A stretch of DNA of 64,000 nt from an uncultured Acidimicrobiales bacterium (lineage in GTDB: Bacteria > Actinomycetota > Acidimicrobiia > Acidimicrobiales > RAAP-2): assembly GCA_963699105.1 (NCBI GenBank), contig CAVOTI010000001.1, positions 186,221-250,220 of the forward strand. The letters run 5' to 3'. Made by a program: the position numbers and the translations under genes. A model generated the notes under the pieces. It made no database searches. It had not been told where the DNA came from and saw only the letters and a list, made by a program, of their open reading frames with translations. Positions within the stretch are counted from its first letter, which is position 1; every line of letters begins with the position of its first letter. Below, one piece after another: positions 1-14,392 of this stretch.

Positions 1-3171
<3,171 letters not shown>

Positions 3172-3179
3172 TGCCCGGC

Positions 3180-4006
3180 CTACCGGTCGGCCAGGTGGAA
3201 CTTGGCCCTCAGAATGGCGTGGAAGTCCCTCGATCCGTCGGTGACGAACCGGGCCGGACGGTCACCCTCCCGGCACTCGACGGTCGAACCGGGGTCGAGG
3301 ACGGCCACGCTCACCCCGTCGACCACCAGCACGGCCGAGCGCGGCTCCAGCACCTCGAGCCCGAGCTGCTCCGACGGTTCGAGGACCAGGGGGCGGTCGA
3401 AGAGCATGTGCGGTGAGACCGGCGTGACCACGATGGCCCGCAACCGGGGCGAGAGCACCGGGCCCCGGGCCGAGAAGTTGTAGGCCGTGGACCCGGTGGG
3501 CGTGGACACCAGGAGACCGTCGGCGGCGTAGGTGACGAAGGGCCGGCCGGCGATGGAGGCGGCGATGCGCACCGTGTGCCCGGGCACGGTCTTCTCCACC
3601 GTGGCCTCGTTGAGGGCGATCCGGTTGGCCACCAGGTCGCCGTCGGGCCCGGTCGACGTGACCGAGAGGGTCATCCGCTCCTCCACCTGGTGGGACCCCG
3701 ACAAGAAGGCGGCCAGGGCGGCCTCGAGGCCGGACGGTTCGACCTGGGTCAGATAGCCGAGGCGGCCGATGTTGACGCCCGAGCACGGGGATGCCGACGG
3801 CCAGGGCCGCCTCCACCGAGCGCAGCAGGGTGCCGTCGCCGCCCAGGCTGACCAGCAGGTCGGCGCCGTCCACCGACACCGAGCCGTCGGGCCGGAGGGC
3901 CGACATCGACCTGGTGTCCCTGGCCGGCCAACCAGGAGGCGGCCCGCTCGGCCAGCTCGGCGGCCTCGGGGCGCAGGGGGTGGGTGTAGAAGGCGATCAG
4001 AGCCAT
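3180..4006 (-). CDS. nadK: NAD kinase, split over three frames as assembled
   Basis: Start is MALIAFYTHPLRPEAAELAERAASWLAGQGHQV. Then DLLVSLGGDGTLLRSVEAALAVGIPVLG, and a C-terminus with VSTPTGSTAYNFSARGPVLSP...VVTPVSPH. The junctions are at ~3905 and ~3777. Confidence 0.87.
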
Positions 4007-4863
4007 GTCGTCGCTATCCTCTCGGAGCCGTGTGGTGGGCTTCGGACACCGACGGCGTCGAGCAGTTCGGACACGTCGGGTCGGCCGGGGGCGCCGGGCC
4101 CGACGGTCCCGGGTCCCGCCGGGGTGCGGGCGTGGAGCAGGAACTCGATGTTGCCGGCGGACCCGGTGATCGGCGAGGGCATGGCCCCCATGATGGCTGC
4201 TCCCGGGAGACGAGGGCGTCCGCCACCTCCTGCAGGGTGCGCCGGTGGATCTCGGGATGGCGGATGACCCCACGGCCCCGGGACGCCTCGGCCCGTCCCG
4301 CCTCGAACTGGGGCTTGACCAGGAACGACCACCGGAGCCCGGGGACGGCCACCGCCCCGACCAGTACCGGTACGGCCCGGGTCACCGAGATGAACGACAG
4401 GTCGGCGGTGACCAGGTCGACCGGCGAGCCGCCCACCGTGTCCAGGGTGACGTCCCGTATGTCCAGGCGCTCCCGGTTGACCACCCGCCGGTCGGCCCGG
4501 AGTCGTTCGTGGAGTTGACCCCGGCCCACGTCGACGGCGATCACCGACGCCGCCCCGGCCTGCAGCAGGCAGTCGGTGAACCCGCCGGTGGAGGCGCCGG
4601 CGTCGAGGGCCCGGAGGCCGGCCACTTCGAGCTCGAACCGGGCCAGGGCGGCCTGGAGCTTCTCCCCTCCCCGGCCCACGAAGGGCGGTGAGCCACTGGC
4701 CAGTTCGATCGGCTCGCCCGCCGCCACCAGCCTGGCCGGCTTGTCGGCCACGGACCCACCCACCAGGACGCCACCCTGGGCGATCGAGGGCCGCCGCCTG
4801 GTGGCGGGTGTCGGCCAGTCCCCGCTCGACCAGGGCCCGATCGAGGCGGAGCCTCGGTGCCCG
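3997..4863 (-). CDS. tlyA: TlyA-family rRNA 2'-O-methyltransferase (S4 + FtsJ-like domains), frameshifted; start codon unresolved
   Basis: S4-like N-terminus RLRLDRALVERGLADTRHQAAAL. Methyltransferase core GGEKLQAALARFELEVAGLRALDAGASTGGFTDCLLQAGAASVIAVDVG. C-terminus MPSPITGSAGNIEFLLHA. The frame changes at ~4785 and ~4210. There is no ATG/GTG/TTG in frame near the expected start. The stop overlaps the nadK start by 10 nt. Confidence 0.8.
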   Translation of the reverse strand, partial: RAPRLRLDRALVERGLADTRHQAAALDRPGWRPGGWVRGRQAGQAGGGGRADRTGQWLTALRGPGRGEAPGRPGPVRARSGRPPGPRRRRLHRRVHRLPAAGRGGVGDRRRRGPGSTPRTTPGRPAGGQPGAPGHTGRHPGHGGRLAGRPGHRRPVVHLGDPGRTGTGRGGGRPRAPVVVPGQAPVRGGTGRGVPGPWGHPPSRDPPAHPAGGGGRPRLPGAAIMGAMPSPITGSAGNIEFLLHARTPAGPGTVGPGAPGRPDVSELLDAVGVRSPPHGSERIATTWL

Positions 4864-4865
4864 GC

Positions 4866-5411
4866 TCAGGCCGGCGACCCGGGGGCGGCGGGTCCGTCGG
4901 ACTCCGCGGTCGGGGAGGCGACACCGGTGGCCCCGGTGGCCTTGGCCGGGGCCTTCTTGGCCGCCGACTTGGTGGCCGCCGACTTGGTGGCCGGGGCCTT
5001 CTTGGCCGCCGACTTGGTGGCCGTCGGCTTGGTGGCCGTCGTCTTCTTGGCCGTCGTCTTCGTGGCCGGGCTCTCGTCGGGCGCCGCCGCCCTGGTCCTC
5101 GAGGCCGCCGCCCGGCCGGCATCGGCCGAACGACCGAGGAGGGTGGCCACCTGCTTGGCCAGGTCGTCGATGGAGGTCACACCCATCGTCTCCAGCTGAC
5201 GGGCCACCTCGCTGCGCACCTGGGAGACGAGCACCTCGCGGCTCTTCCGGCTCCGTTCCAGCAGCTCGTCCACCTTGGCCCGGGCATCGCTGGTCTGGAA
5301 CTCCCCGCTCTGGACCAGTTCGGCCACCAGTTCCTCGGCCTTGGCCCGGGTGAGGTTGGTGAAGGCGACCCCGGCATCGAGGTACCTCTGGAGATCGTCC
5401 TTGTTGACCAT
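4866..5411 (-). CDS. Phasin-like / COG3937-type small protein with a Lys/Ala/Thr-rich basic tail
   Basis: Intact 181-aa ORF. N-terminal helical domain MVNKDDLQRYLDAGVAFTNLTRAKAEELVAELVQSGEF. C-terminal TAKKTTATKPTATKSAAKKAPATKSAATKSAAKKAPAKA. The family call is tentative. Confidence 0.6.
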   Translation of the reverse strand: MVNKDDLQRYLDAGVAFTNLTRAKAEELVAELVQSGEFQTSDARAKVDELLERSRKSREVLVSQVRSEVARQLETMGVTSIDDLAKQVATLLGRSADAGRAAASRTRAAAPDESPATKTTAKKTTATKPTATKSAAKKAPATKSAATKSAAKKAPAKATGATGVASPTAESDGPAAPGSPA

Positions 5412-5449
5412 TCGGCCACCCTACCGGGAGGGTCGGCCACCATCCAGGG

Positions 5450-6294
5450 CTAACGACCCGATTCGACCCGGCTCTCGGTCCGCCCCGACAGGCAGCTGTC
5501 GACCAGCGTCGAGAAGTCGGGATACCGGAGGGAGACGGGTACCTCGATCCCCCGGCGCCGGCCGGGGTGACTCCCGAGTCGACCAGAGCGAAGGGGATGC
5601 CGAGCCGCTCGGCCAACTTGCCGTCGGTGCGGGGCTGGTCACCGACCATCACCACCGAGTGGTCGCCGTCGTCGAACCCGAACCGGTCCTTGATGAGCGA
5701 GGCCATGGGCCGGTGGGGTTTGCCGGCGATCTCCGGCGCCACCCCCGAGGCGGTGGCCACCGCGGCCAACAGGGCCCCGGCCCCGGGTACCAGTCCGGCC
5801 GGCGTCGGGTGGGTGGGGTCCTCGTTGGTGGCGATGAGCCGACCCGATGTCCTGGCCGCGGTGGCGGTGGCGGCCAGGCGGTCGAAGTCGAAGGACCGGC
5901 TCCAGCCGACCACGGCGGCATCCACCGTCCCGCCGTCGACCATCTTCACCCTCCGGGCGTCGAGAGCCTCGGCCACCCCTTGTTCGGCCAGGACCCTGAC
6001 CGACTGGCCGGGAGCCAGCAACGACGCCGCGGCACCGGCCGAGCTGACCAGGTCGTCGGCCGACGCCGCCACGGCGATCCGATCGAGCCGGGCCAGCAGC
6101 TCGGCGGTGGTGGGGGCCGAGTTGTTGGTGGCGAACACCACCCGGATGCCGTGGGAGCGGAGGGCGGCGATGGCCGAGGGGGCATCGCCGATGGCCTCAC
6201 CGGTCAGCCACACCACCCCGTCGAGGTCGACGATCCACAGCGACGCCGCCTTGAACGTCTCGAGGGACGGCGGCTGCGGTCCGGTCCGGTTCAT
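5450..6294 (-). CDS. HAD-superfamily (NagD-like) phosphatase, one frameshift near the C-terminus
   Basis: MNRTGPQPPSLETFKAASLWIVDLDGVVWLTGEAI carries the DxDG motif. Later motifs are VFATNNS and GKPHRPM...VMVGDQPRTD. After a C-run at 5549-5553 the frame must shift to reach the TAG at 5450-5452 (tail IEVPVSLRYPDFSTLVDSCLSGRTESRVESGR). Confidence 0.8.
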
Positions 6295-6403
6295 TCCGGG
6301 GCGGTGTCGGTGGGCCCGAGCTCGCCCGAGCTCACCTTGGCTCCCTTCCAGCTCCGCCGGGTGGAGGCGGCCAGCTGGTCGGCCGACTCGAGGACCCGGG
6401 TGA

Positions 6404-7467
6404 TCAGCCCCGACAATTGCTCTGACCCGCTCGGTGGCCATCGGCTCGCCCGCCCCGGCCTCGGGGGACGCCTCGGCGGTGGTCATCCCCTCGTTCGACG
6501 GCAGCAGCGGGCGGGCACTGAGGTCGGCGATCCTCTGGCCGGTCATCTTGGTCGCCCGTTCCCAGTACGAACGGAACATCCCGATGTCGAAGGCCCCGTC
6601 GCCCACCCGGGCCTGATCGAGCAGTCGGGCCGGCGGATCCTTGAGATCGCGGACCAGCCGGAGGGCGGCCAGACCCCGCAGGACGTACCAGGTGGGGTCG
6701 ACCTCCCACCAGGCGAACCCCTGACGTGACGACGCCGGCAGGTAGTGGTGGTTGTTGTGCCATCCCTCCCCCCCGGTGATGACGGCGATGAGCAGTGAGT
6801 TGCGGCTGGTGTCGGGGGTGGCGTACCGCCGCCGGCCGAACAGGTGGGCCGCCGAGTTGACCAGGAAGGTGCCGTGCCACAGCAGCACCGTCGACAGGAA
6901 GAAGCCGATCAGCAGGCCGCCCCACCCCCCGATCACGAAGCAGGCGATGCCCAGCATCCACGGTCCGACCCAACTGAACCGCTCTAGGAGGCGCAACTCG
7001 GGATAGGAGGCGAAGTCGTTGATGGCGCTCAGGTCGGTCGCCTTGTACTCGGTGGACAGGATCCAGCCGACGTGGCTCCACCAGAAGCCGTCCCGGGGAG
7101 AGTGCACGTCCCCGTCGAGATCGGTGAAGCGGTGGTGGACACGGTGGTGGCTGGCCCACCACAGCGGTCCCTTCTGTACGGCGGTGGTGCCCCCGAAGGC
7201 CATGACGAACTGGACCACCCGCCCCATCTTGTAGCTCCGATGGGAGAAGTACCGGTGGTAGCCGGCGGTGATGAAGAACATCCGGGTGACGTAGAGCACG
7301 GCGCACAGCACCCAGTCCCGCCAGGTGACGGTGACGAAGAAGGCGGCCAGGGGGGCCAGGTGGACGGCGAAGAACGGGAGAGCGGCGATCCAGTCGGTCC
7401 TGGCGGCGGACCCCTCCACCTCGGTGGCGTTCGAGGTGCCTGACGGCTCGGGGGCGAGTGCGCTCAT
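6404..7467 (-). CDS. Membrane acyl-CoA/acyl-lipid (delta-9 type) fatty-acid desaturase; 3' end unresolved
   Basis: All three histidine boxes are present: HRYFSHRSYK, WASHHRVHHRF and GEGWHNNHHY, with TM segments in between. There is no in-frame stop before the next gene, so the end coordinate is a guess (a TGA at 6404-6406 sits one frame off). Confidence 0.8.
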
Positions 7468-7586
7468 GAGGTGAGGTCGCCGCCATCAGGTGACAACCAC
7501 TGCAGGCTACCTGACCGGCACCGCCGTCCGGTAGTCAGAGCCGGCGGGGCGACCACCCTCACCGTGGCGGGCGGGATCGTCGGGGA

Positions 7587-8726
7587 TCAGGTGGGAACGT
7601 AGAGATCGCCGTTGGTCCCTTTCACCACCGAGATCGGGGTCAACCCCCGGGTGGCCGGTCCCCTGATCACCGCCCCGGACTGGGGGTTGAACTCCGAGCC
7701 GTGGCACGGACAGGCGATGATCTTGGCCGAACTGGCGTAGGCCACCGTGCATCCGGCGTGGGGACAGACGGCGTCGAAGGCCACGAACTGGCCGGCCGTC
7801 TGCTGGATGACCAGGGCGGGCCCTCCGGTGCCCGGATCGGTGAAGGCGGCCGCACCACCCACCGGCACACCCGTGGCCGGGCCGACCGAGGTTCCCGGGG
7901 TGGTCGGGGGCGGAGCCTCGGTGGTCCCGGTGGTCGAGCCGGTGGGGGCGGTGGTCGAGGTCGACGATGTCGTGGTGTCCCCCGCCCCTCCCGACAGCGT
8001 CGCCTCCCCGTCGGCCGACGTCGACCCGCCGCCGGTCCGCCCGAAGGCCGCGGTGGCTCCGCTGGCCACCACCACCAGGGCGGCGGTGAAGCCGGTCAGC
8101 GCCCCCTTGGACAGCACGGCCCGACGGGGCAGTCCTTCCCCGCCACCCGGTTCGACGGCGTGGGACACCGACGACCGGCGGACCCAGGTGTCGAAGGCCG
8201 GAGCGCCCGCCGCTCCGGCCAGGGCCAACGGTGTCCAGGCGAAGAAGAAGACGATGTCCGAACCGGTGAAGTACGGCGAGGCGTGGAAGCTGACGGTCAG
8301 GAAGAGGCCGAAGGACAAGGCCATACCGGCGATGGCGGCCACCCGCATCCACAGTCCGACCAGGATGCCGACCCCGATGGCCACCTCGCCCACGGCGATG
8401 GTGGCTCCCACGGCCGAGGCCACCGGCACCAGGTGGGAGACGAGGGCGTGGATGGGGCTGGTCTGGGCCGACCCCTCGAGCTGGGCGTGGATGGATATGG
8501 GGCTGGAGCTCCGGAAGAACGCCGGGTTGGCCAGCTTCTGGAGGCCGGCGAAGAGGAAGGTCCCACCGAGGAACAGCCGCAGCGGCATCAGCACCCATCC
8601 GGTGGGGACGGTGCCGTCGTTGCCCCGGACCGTCCACATCGACCGGTCGTCCGGGCCACCGCTGGATCCGGGATCGACCGGTCCGGTCGTGTTCGAACTC
8701 ACCGGGGCGGTCCCATGGCCGGCCAC
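7587..8726 (-). CDS. DoxX-like membrane domain fused to a C-terminal Rieske [2Fe-2S] domain
   Basis: Intact 379-aa ORF. TM-rich N-half LMPLRLFLGGTFLFAGLQKLANPAFF. Thr/Ser/Pro linker. Rieske motifs CPHAGC...CPCHGS at the C-terminus. Confidence 0.75.
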   Translation of the reverse strand: MAGHGTAPVSSNTTGPVDPGSSGGPDDRSMWTVRGNDGTVPTGWVLMPLRLFLGGTFLFAGLQKLANPAFFRSSSPISIHAQLEGSAQTSPIHALVSHLVPVASAVGATIAVGEVAIGVGILVGLWMRVAAIAGMALSFGLFLTVSFHASPYFTGSDIVFFFAWTPLALAGAAGAPAFDTWVRRSSVSHAVEPGGGEGLPRRAVLSKGALTGFTAALVVVASGATAAFGRTGGGSTSADGEATLSGGAGDTTTSSTSTTAPTGSTTGTTEAPPPTTPGTSVGPATGVPVGGAAAFTDPGTGGPALVIQQTAGQFVAFDAVCPHAGCTVAYASSAKIIACPCHGSEFNPQSGAVIRGPATRGLTPISVVKGTNGDLYVPT

Positions 8727-8793
8727 GATACAAGGCGGGGATGACGTCGACGGGTCGGTACCGGTTGGTCACCGTCTCCCCCCACCGCCTAGC

Positions 8794-9210
8794 ATGCGGG
8801 GTATGGACCAACTGGTTCCGGCGCCCACCGGACCTGCCCCCTCGCCCCCGCGGTCCAAAGCCGACGAGACCATGCGCGCCCTGCTGCGGGTGCCCGAGGA
8901 CACCGCTCCCATCGACGAGTCGGAGACCCACCGCATCTTCAGTGCCTCGATCTTCCTGTCGGGGCTGCGGTGCCTGCTCAGCTACATCGTTCTTCCGGTG
9001 ATACTGCCGGCCATCGGCGTGGCCCGGGGGGTCGGACCGGTCATCGGCATCCCCATCGGGGTGCTGGCCCTCACCTTCGACTATCTGGGCATCCGGCGTT
9101 TCTGGCTGGCCGACCACCACCAGCGGTGGGCGTTCAGCGCCCTGTACGCGGTGGTGGGCACCATGGTGCTGATCCTGCTGGTCGTCGACATCGTCGATCT
9201 CATCGGCTGA
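8794..9210 (+). CDS. Small hypothetical membrane protein
   Basis: This is the tail of ORF 7747..9210 from MRGMDQL. It has hydrophobic segments IFSASIFLSGLRCLLSYIVLPVILPAIGV and FSALYAVVGTMVLILLVVDIV. The alternative start is 8803. Confidence 0.5.
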   Translation: MRGMDQLVPAPTGPAPSPPRSKADETMRALLRVPEDTAPIDESETHRIFSASIFLSGLRCLLSYIVLPVILPAIGVARGVGPVIGIPIGVLALTFDYLGIRRFWLADHHQRWAFSALYAVVGTMVLILLVVDIVDLIG

Positions 9211-9260
9211 CACCGCCCGGCGCCCGGGGGCGGCCCGGGCCACCACATCGAGGAGGACCG

Positions 9261-9734
9261 ATGCTGACCGACGGACTGAACCACGTGGCGGTGCTGACCA
9301 ACGACGCCCACCGGCTCCACGCTTTCTACGAGGACATGTTCGACGCCGAGGTGGTGCGGGACGCCCCCGAGGTGGCCGACGCAGCCGTCCGTCTGTCCAT
9401 CGTGATGATCGGACCGCACACCGAGCTCAACGTGTTCCAGATCGACGGGAACACCGAGGCCGATCGCCAGGTGCCCATGTTCGGGCGGGGACGGCTCGAC
9501 CACCTGGCTCTGCAGGCGGCTTCGCTCGACGACTTCGAGACCATCCGCAACCGGTTGATGGCCCGGGGGGCCTGCGACGCCTTCGTCACCGACTTCGGGC
9601 CGGTGCTCAGTCTGTTCTTCCGGGATCCCGACGGGCTCGAGTGCGAGGTGTGCGTGACCAACCCCGACGCCGTTGCGGGAGTGGGCCATCCCCCGGGCAC
9701 GCCGGCCCGGCGCTACGTGCCCGAGGACCCCTGA
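9261..9734 (+). CDS. VOC (glyoxalase/bleomycin-resistance/dioxygenase) family protein
   Basis: MLTDGLNHVAVLTNDAHRLHAFYEDMFDAEVV...RLDHLALQAASLDDFETIRNRL...FFRDPDGLECEV. A GAGGAGGA Shine-Dalgarno sequence lies 4 nt upstream of the ATG. Confidence 0.75.
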   Translation: MLTDGLNHVAVLTNDAHRLHAFYEDMFDAEVVRDAPEVADAAVRLSIVMIGPHTELNVFQIDGNTEADRQVPMFGRGRLDHLALQAASLDDFETIRNRLMARGACDAFVTDFGPVLSLFFRDPDGLECEVCVTNPDAVAGVGHPPGTPARRYVPEDP

Positions 9735-9865
9735 CCATCAGCCGCCGGGCGGCGGCTGGCCGTGGCCGCCCCCCGGCCCGGCCGGCATCCCGGTGTCACA
9801 GCCATAGGCTGTGCTGTTGATGTGTCGTTCCCTTCCCGTACCGGCCGGCCCGGTGCCGGGCGTCT

Positions 9866-12800
9866 GATGCCGGGTCCGGCCGCCCCGGCGGCGGTGCCGT
9901 CCGAACTGCCCCTGATCGACACGGTCCGGTCCGGCGCCCTCGACGGGGTTGCTCCCGACTCCATCCTCCATTCCCTGCACCCGGCGGTGGCCGGCTGGTT
10001 CGCCAAACGCTTTCCGGCCGGGCCCACCGAGCCCCAGCGCTCGGCGTGGCCCAGCATCACCGCCGGGGAGAACGTGCTGGTGGCGTCACCGACCGGTACC
10101 GGCAAGACGCTGACCGGGTTCCTGATGGCCATCGACGGGGCCTACCGGGCCCACGCCGAGGGAACCGCTCCGGTGGGCCACCGGACCGGGCCGACCGTCG
10201 TCTACGTGTCGCCGCTGCGGGCCCTGGCCACCGACGTGCACGAAAATCTCCAGGTCCCCCTGGCCGGCATCGCCGAGGAGGCCGGGCGGCTGGGTCTGGC
10301 GGCCCCCGACCTGTCGGTGGCGGTGAGGACGGGGGACACCCCGGCCGCCGACCGGGCGGCCATGCGACGGTCCCCGCCCGACCTGCTCGTGACCACCCCC
10401 GAGTCGTTGTACCTGCTCCTCACGGCGGCATCGTCGCGAGCGATGTTGCAGGGGGTGCGCACCGTCATCGTCGACGAGGTGCACACGCTGGCCCGGGACA
10501 AGCGCGGCTCCCACCTGGCCCTCAGCCTCGAGCGGCTCGACCACCTGGTGTCGGCCGGTGGGGGCCGGCTCCAGCGTATCGGCCTGTCGGCCACCCAGCG
10601 CCCGCTCGAGGTGGTGGCCCGGCTCCTCTCCGGCACGGATCCGGGGCGCCCGCCCACCACCGTCATCGACTGCGGCCACCGTCGCCATCTCGACGTGGCC
10701 ATCGAGCTACCCCACACCGAGCTCGAGGCGGTGGCCAGCGGCGCCCAGCTGTCCGATGTGCTCGACCGCATCGCCGCCCATGTGCTCGACCACCGGACCA
10801 CCCTGGTGTTCGTCAACACCCGGAAGATGGCCGAACGCGTGGCCCATCAGCTGGCCCTCCGGCTCGGCGATGCCGGGGACGACGACCGGTCGGACGACGC
10901 CGGTGGGCCCGGGGACGGTGACCGGATCGATGCCGCCCTGCAGGTGGCGGCCCACCACGGGAGCCTGTCGCCGGCCCGGCGCCGGATGGTCGAACAGCGG
11001 TTGCGGGCCGGCGACCTCCGGGCCCTGGTGGCCACCGCCTCGCTCGAACTGGGTATCGACGTGGGTCCGGTCGAACTGGTGTGCCAGATCGGTTCTCCCC
11101 GGGCCATCGGCACGTTCCTCCAGCGGGTGGGCCGGGCCAACCACCAGCTCGAGGGAACGCCGGCCGGGCGCCTCTATCCCCCTCACCCGTGACGAGCTGG
11201 TGGAGTGCACGGCCCTGCTGGCCGGGGTCCGGGCCGGGCACCTCGACGTGCTCGAACCACCGGTTGCCCCTCTCGACGTGCTGGCCCAACAGCTGGTGGC
11301 CGAGGTGGCGGCGGCCGACGAGTGGGAGGTCGAACCCCTCTACCGGCTGATGACCCGGGCCGCCCCCTACGCCGACCTCGACCCGCGCCACCTTCGACGA
11401 AGTGGTCGAGCTGGTGTCGTGGGGCATCCGGACCGGTCGGGGCCGGCGGGGGGCCCACCTCCACCACGACGGGGTCAACGGACGGCTGCGGGCCCGGCGG
11501 GGTGCCCGCCTGGCCGCCCTGACCAGCGGCGGTGCCATCCCCGAGACCGGCGACTACCGGGTGGTGCTCGACCCCGACGGCGTCACCGTCGGCTCGGTCC
11601 ACGAGGACTTCGCCGTCGAGGCCACCGCCGGCGACATCTTCCTGCTGGGCACCCACTCGTGGCGGGTGGCCAAGGTGGAGACGGGCACGGTCCGCGTCCA
11701 CGACGCCGGCGACCTCCCCCCGACCATCCCGTTCTGGCTCGGGGAGGCGCCGGCCCGGACGGCCGAGCTGTCGGAGGAGGTGGGCGAGCTGCGGGCCGCG
11801 CTGGAGCCGCTGCTGGCCGCCGGCGACGGGCCGGGGCCCGGGAGGAGGGCCCGGAGCGGGCCGGGGTCTCCGACGAGGTGGCCGACCAGGTGGTCGCCTA
11901 CCTGGCCGCCGGGCTGGCCGCCCTCGGGAAGCTCCCCACCCGGGACCGCCTGGTCATCGAACGGGTCTTCGACGAGAGCGAGGGCACCCAGCTGATCGTC
12001 CACTGCCCCCTTCGGCGGGCGCATCAACCGGGCCCTGGGGCTGGCGCTTGCGCAAGCGGTTCTGCGTGTCGTTCGACTTCGAGCTGCAGGCGGCGGCGGA
12101 CGACGACACGGTGGTGCTCTCCCTCGGGCCCCAGCACAGCTTCCCCCTGCCCCAGGTGCCGACCATGCTGACCGAGCCGCACCGCGGTCGACGTCCTGAC
12201 CCAGGCGCTCCTCCCCCATCCGATGCTGGCGGCCCGGTGGCGCTGGAACCTCAACCGGGCCCTGGTGGTGCCCCGGTCACGGGGCGGGCAGCGGCGGCCC
12301 ATCCACCTCCAGCGGATGGAGGCCGAGGACCTGCTGGCGGCGAGCCTGGCCGTCCCTGGCCGCCTGCCAGGAGAACGCCGCCGCCCGGCCCGGTCCCCGT
12401 GCCCGACCACGTCCTGGTCCGCCAGACGGTGGCCGACTGCCTGACCGAGCCGCTCGACGCCGCCGGCCTGGTGGCCCTGCTCGAGGGCATGGAGTCGGGC
12501 CGGTCGACGTGCACTTCGTCGAGTCGGCCGAGCCGTCACCGCTGTCCCACGGGATCCTGACCGGGCGGCCGTTCACCTTCCTCGACGGTGCGCCCCTGGA
12601 GGAGCGCCGGACCCGGGCGGTGGCCGTGCCCCGGGGACTGGGGCCGCTCGGCCGTCACGGGCTCCCCCCGGGTCTGCCGGTGCCGCCTCGGAGCTCGGAC
12701 CGCTCGACGCCGGCGCCGTCGGCCGAGGTGCTCGACCAGCTCGGACCACGGCCACGCGATCGCCGACGAGCTCCACGATCTCCTCTTGTCATTGGTGCTG

Positions 12801-14392
12801 TGCCGTCCGGTGCCGGCCTGGCAGGAGTGGTTCGACGAGCTGGTGGCCGACGGCCGGGCCGGGATGGTGGCCGGATGGTGGGCGCCCACCGAGCGGGTGG
12901 GCACGGCCCGAGCCGTGGACCGGTCGCTCGCCGATCCGATGGCCGAGGGGGACGAGCCGTGGCCGAGTGCGTCGGCGGGCATCTCGACGTGGCCGGGCCG
13001 GTCGTCGGTGGCGCGGCTGGTGGCGGACGGACCGCTCCCGTCCGGGATCGGTGCCGGGCGCCCCGGTCACCGAGGCCAGGGCCCGTACCGCCCTGGCCCG
13101 ACTGGAGGCGGCCGGCTCGGCCATCGCAGCTTCCCGACGGGCGCTGGTGCGCCCGCCACGTGCTGGTGCGCATGCACGCCGCCAGCCGGAGCCGCCGGCG
13201 CCGGGTCGTCGAGCCGGCCAGCCATCGCCGACTTCGTGCGGTTCCTCGCCTGCTGGCAGCACGTGGCCGCCGGCACCCAGGCCGAGGGGCGCGCCGGGCT
13301 GCTCGCGGTGATCGAGCAGCTGCAGGGCATCGAGGTGGCGGCCGGCGAGTGGGAGCGCAGCGTGCTGGCGGCCCGGGTCGCCGGCTACGACCCCCGCTGG
13401 CTGGACGAGCTGTGCCTGGCCGGCGAGGTGGCCTGGGCCCGGCTGACGCCCGCGACCCGACCGCCCGACCGGGGTCGACCACGGTGGCGACAGCCGGCGA
13501 CGACGCGGTCGGCCGGACCGATGGCGGCCGGCACCGGCGGTCCGGAGGGCGCGGATCGCCACCCCCTCGCCGGCGACGCCGCTGGCCCTCACCGTCCGAG
13601 AGGACATGCCGTGGATGCTGGCCGCCGTCCGGACCGGCCAGGCCGGCCGCCGAGCCCGACCGGCGGTCGCTCGGCCGACCTCCTGTCGGTGCTGCGGGCC
13701 TGGGGGGCGTGCTTCCGCTCCGAGCTCGCCGCTCCCTCGGGGCGGCTGCCCAGCGAGGTGGACGAGGGTCTCTGGGACCTGGTGGCCCGGGGCATGGTCA
13801 CCGCGGACGCCTTCTCGGCGGTGCGCTCACTGCTGTCGACCCGGGGGCGACCGTCGTCGGGCTGGGCGCCGGTCCCGCCCGCCGCTCCAGACTCGGGCCC
13901 CCGCCGGGCCCGCGCCGGCACCGGGGTCGGCGAGGGACGGTGGTCGCTGGTGCCCGAGCCCGACGACGTCACCACGTCGCCCTCGGTGGCGCCGGCGGCC
14001 GAGGAGCTGGCCGAGGCGGTGGCCGGGCAGATGCTGGCCCGCTGGGGGGTGGTGGCCTGGGAGCTGTGGGCGCGCGAGTCGTTCCGGATCCCGTGGCGCG
14101 ACGTGGTGCGGGCCCTGCGGCGGCTGGAGGCCCGCGGCCAGGTGCTCGGGCGGGAGGTTCGTGGCCGGTATGTCCGGCGAACAGTACGCCTTGGCCGAGG
14201 CCGCCGCCCTGCTGGCCGACGTGCGCGGCGACCGGCAACCGGGGGGCCGAGGTGGAGGTGGCCGGCGCCGACCCGTTCAACTTGACCGGCCAGCGCTGCT
14301 CGGTGGGTCCCGTACGCCGGCCATCCGTCACCGGAACGTCCACTATCGCAACGGCGTCCCGGTCGACGGCTCCCGTGGCATCGGCGATCTGA
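9866..14392 (+). CDS. lhr: Lhr-type large ATP-dependent DEAD/DEAH helicase; at least 10 frame changes as assembled; both ends approximate
   Basis: [12 protein letters not shown] (motif I), [25 protein letters not shown] (DEVH), [12 protein letters not shown] and AHHGSLS...[11 protein letters not shown]. Lhr-specific segments are then spread over all three frames: [44 protein letters not shown], and [18 protein letters not shown] near the end. Confidence 0.85.

Noticed and set aside
3997-7467. 1156-aa ORF as a single giant gene
   Set aside because: It concatenates a desaturase, a HAD phosphatase and out-of-frame or antisense stretches of other genes. Only parts show protein-like sequence. A stop-free frame is expected in ~70% GC DNA.
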